From Parasitella parasitica NRRL 2501 (lineage: Eukaryota > Fungi > Mucoromycota): a DNA stretch of 64,000 bases. Below are positions 62,026 through 64,000 of this stretch, piece after piece; position 1 is the stretch's first letter, and every line of letters begins with the position of its first letter. The notes beneath the pieces were generated by a model. It made no database searches. It was not told the origin of the DNA and saw only the letters and a program-made list of their open reading frames with translations. The stretch lies in contig MU619260.1 in the NCBI GenBank assembly GCA_025201805.1, positions 47,879-111,878 of the forward strand, in the 5' to 3' direction. A program made the translations under genes and the position numbers.

Positions 62026-62735
62026 NNNNNNNNNNNNNNNNNNNNNNNNNNNNNNNNNNNNNNNNNNNNNNNNNNNNNNNNNNNNNNNNNNNNNNNNNNN
62101 NNNNNNNNNNNNNNNNNNNNNNNNNNNNNNNNNNNNNNNNNNNNNNNNNNNNNNNNNNNNNNNNNNNNNNNNNNNNNNNNNNNNNNNNNNNNNNNNNNNN
62201 NNNNNNNNNNNNNNNNNNNNNNNNNNNNNNNNNNNNNNNNNNNNNNNNNNNNNNNNNNNNNNNNNNNNNNNNNNNNNNNNNNNNNNNNNNNNNNNNNNNN
62301 NNNNNNNNNNNNNNNNNNNNNNNNNNNNNNNNNNNNNNNNNNNNNNNNNNNNNNNNNNNNNNNNNNNNNNNNNNNNNNNNNNNNNNNNNNNNNNNNNNNN
62401 NNNNNNNNNNNNNNNNNNNNNNNNNNNNNNNNNNNNNNNNNNNNNNNNNNNNNNNNNNNNNNNNNNNNNNNNNNNNNNNNNNNNNNNNNNNNNNNNNNNN
62501 NNNNNNNNNNNNNNNNNNNNNNNNNNNNNNNNNNNNNNNNNNNNNNNNNNNNNNNNNNNNNNNNNNNNNNNNNNNNNNNNNNNNNNNNNNNNNNNNNNNN
62601 NNNNNNNNNNNNNNNNNNNNNNNNNNNNNNNNNNNNNNNNNNNNNNNNNNNNNNNNNNNNNNNNNNNNNNNNNNNNNNNNNNNNNNNNNNNNNNNNNNNN
62701 NNNNNNNNNNNNNNNNNNNNNNNNNNNNNNNNNNN
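62026..62735. other. Assembly gap (N run) flanked by an identical ~41-nt sequence
   Basis: tcgcagtactttcataagcaaatgagggcggcatgatgctc occurs immediately before and after the Ns. Confidence 0.9.
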
Positions 62736-63338
62736 TCGCAGTACTTTCATAAGCAAATGAGGGCGGCATGATGCTCTAAGGATAATATTGAACGTATCTT
62801 AGGGTGATGGCAAACCGAGCTCATGTCTGTATGAAACTAGAGATTTTTCTTTTTGGTTATAATTTAAGGTAATTACAACAAAAGTATTTTTTTTGCTGCT
62901 GATACTAACGTTTACATATTATAGCAAAAATATGTGAAATATGTTCAAAAAGTTTTTTAAATGCAGAAGAACAGGAAATGGCGCAACCAGCGAGAAAGCA
63001 AATAATTGGAAAGCTTCATGTCCACCACAATTAATTCTAGTTTGAACTACTTCATCATAATATAACCCTGATTTATCGTTTTAAATAAATGCATAATTTA
63101 CTTGTCATAAACTTTCAGCCTGTTAGAAGTCTTCCTGTAACTGTAAGATGTTATACTAAATATAATAGAGATATTGTTAGCCGATTTTGGTAGCTTTCTG
63201 GCCTGCATATAATACACCTGATTCATGTCATTCAAGTAAGTCCCAAATAAAACGTCAAGACTCAATCTCACATCGCCACTTGAACTAGTTGAACCTTCCT
63301 CTAGAAACAATTACGTCATAGCAATTTATTTGCTGTCT

Positions 63339-63654
63339 TGTCAGTCTTTAACACAAGATTGTTAGCCAGTCGAAATGCTGCTGTCTGGGCTCATAATTCA
63401 AAAAAAAACCTGTCTTTATCCAGCAGCTCAATACATAATCGTATTTTTACCACACTAAATAACAATGCATTCACTTAACAATAATTCAGCTGAATCCCAC
63501 GCAAATTGATTTTTATTTTTGCGCGAATAGAGATTTCGGAAAGCGCGATTTGATTTTTGGACTGACGCGAACTGGCCAATTAAATTAGCGCAAATTGATA
63601 TTTACAAGTACGCAAAATTATTTGAAATCACGCAAATTGGTACCGTAAGCACTG
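63339..63654 (-). repeat. Right terminal inverted repeat (316 bp)
   Basis: Reverse complement of 58538-58853. Confidence 0.95.
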
Positions 63655-64000
63655 TATATCAAGCTAAATTCCAGAAGAAGAAACAGATGATTTTTGGTTA
63701 CTTTTTATAAACAATTTATAAGTGGGAATGTCACTTACCCAATAGTATTAAAAGGTCAAAGTTATATTTCTTTACTAACCTTCAAAGAGTATTGCCTCCA
63801 TCGAAAGGCGAGCCCAGTATCTGTTTTCTGTACAAAAAAGATAGGGCTAAATTGTTGAATTGTATGCGCTTGGCAGTGGTGGGGTTTGGGTCGAAGCAGG
63901 GGAAAGTTACTCCAAACAAAAGGCAACCAAGACCAGCAAGACCAATTGCAAGTGCTGAGACTTGGTCGCGGCACATTGTCTTGAAGGCATTGGGGCATTC

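Larger units (their letters stand above)
58538..63654. mobile_element. Young DNA element with 316-bp TIRs and TA target-site duplication, carrying a nuclease-like cargo gene
   Basis: TA|CAGTGCTTACGGTACC... at 58538 and ...GGTACCGTAAGCACTG|TA at 63654; TIRs differ at about 3 positions. Confidence 0.93.

Noticed and set aside
61908-62769. Long ORFs in the track spanning the N run
   Set aside because: Artefacts of translating Ns
1-64000. CRISPR arrays, tRNA or rRNA genes
   Set aside because: No regularly spaced direct repeats, cloverleaf or A/B-box patterns, or rRNA-like segments recognised
63762-64000. ORFs at the right window edge
   Set aside because: Too short and truncated to assign

Overview
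Eukaryotic fungal DNA. The short (~50-70 nt) GT-AG introns, AT-rich intergenic regions and gene content suggest Mucorales; this is inferred, not proven. The window holds about 19 host genes: PUT1, a gamma-tubulin complex component, arabinono/gulonolactone oxidase, a fused chorismate mutase-prephenate dehydratase, SEC3, delta-COP, REI1, an epoxide hydrolase, TAF5, a FAR1/AFT-like factor, an animal-type GDH, cyclophilin, an HDHD2-like HAD, dynactin p150, CPA1, mitochondrial AspRS, a LEA-like protein, an O-fucosyltransferase-like protein and an m-AAA protease pseudogene. The main signals lie outside the ORF track. (1) A decayed Fanzor (eukaryotic TnpB-type RNA-guided nuclease) sits in an element with PIF/Harbinger-like ends and a TTA target duplication, with a candidate three-hairpin omega-RNA at its right end (37307-39272). 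(2) A young element with ~99% identical 316-bp TIRs and a TA target duplication shows no visible DDE transposase but carries an intact 5-exon PD-(D/E)xK/Crinkler-like nuclease gene (58538-63654). (3) An intron-split arginine attenuator peptide uORF lies upstream of CPA1. (4) A degenerate hammerhead-ribozyme-like motif, an intronic foldback and an old TIR element are also present. Exon boundaries were read by eye.
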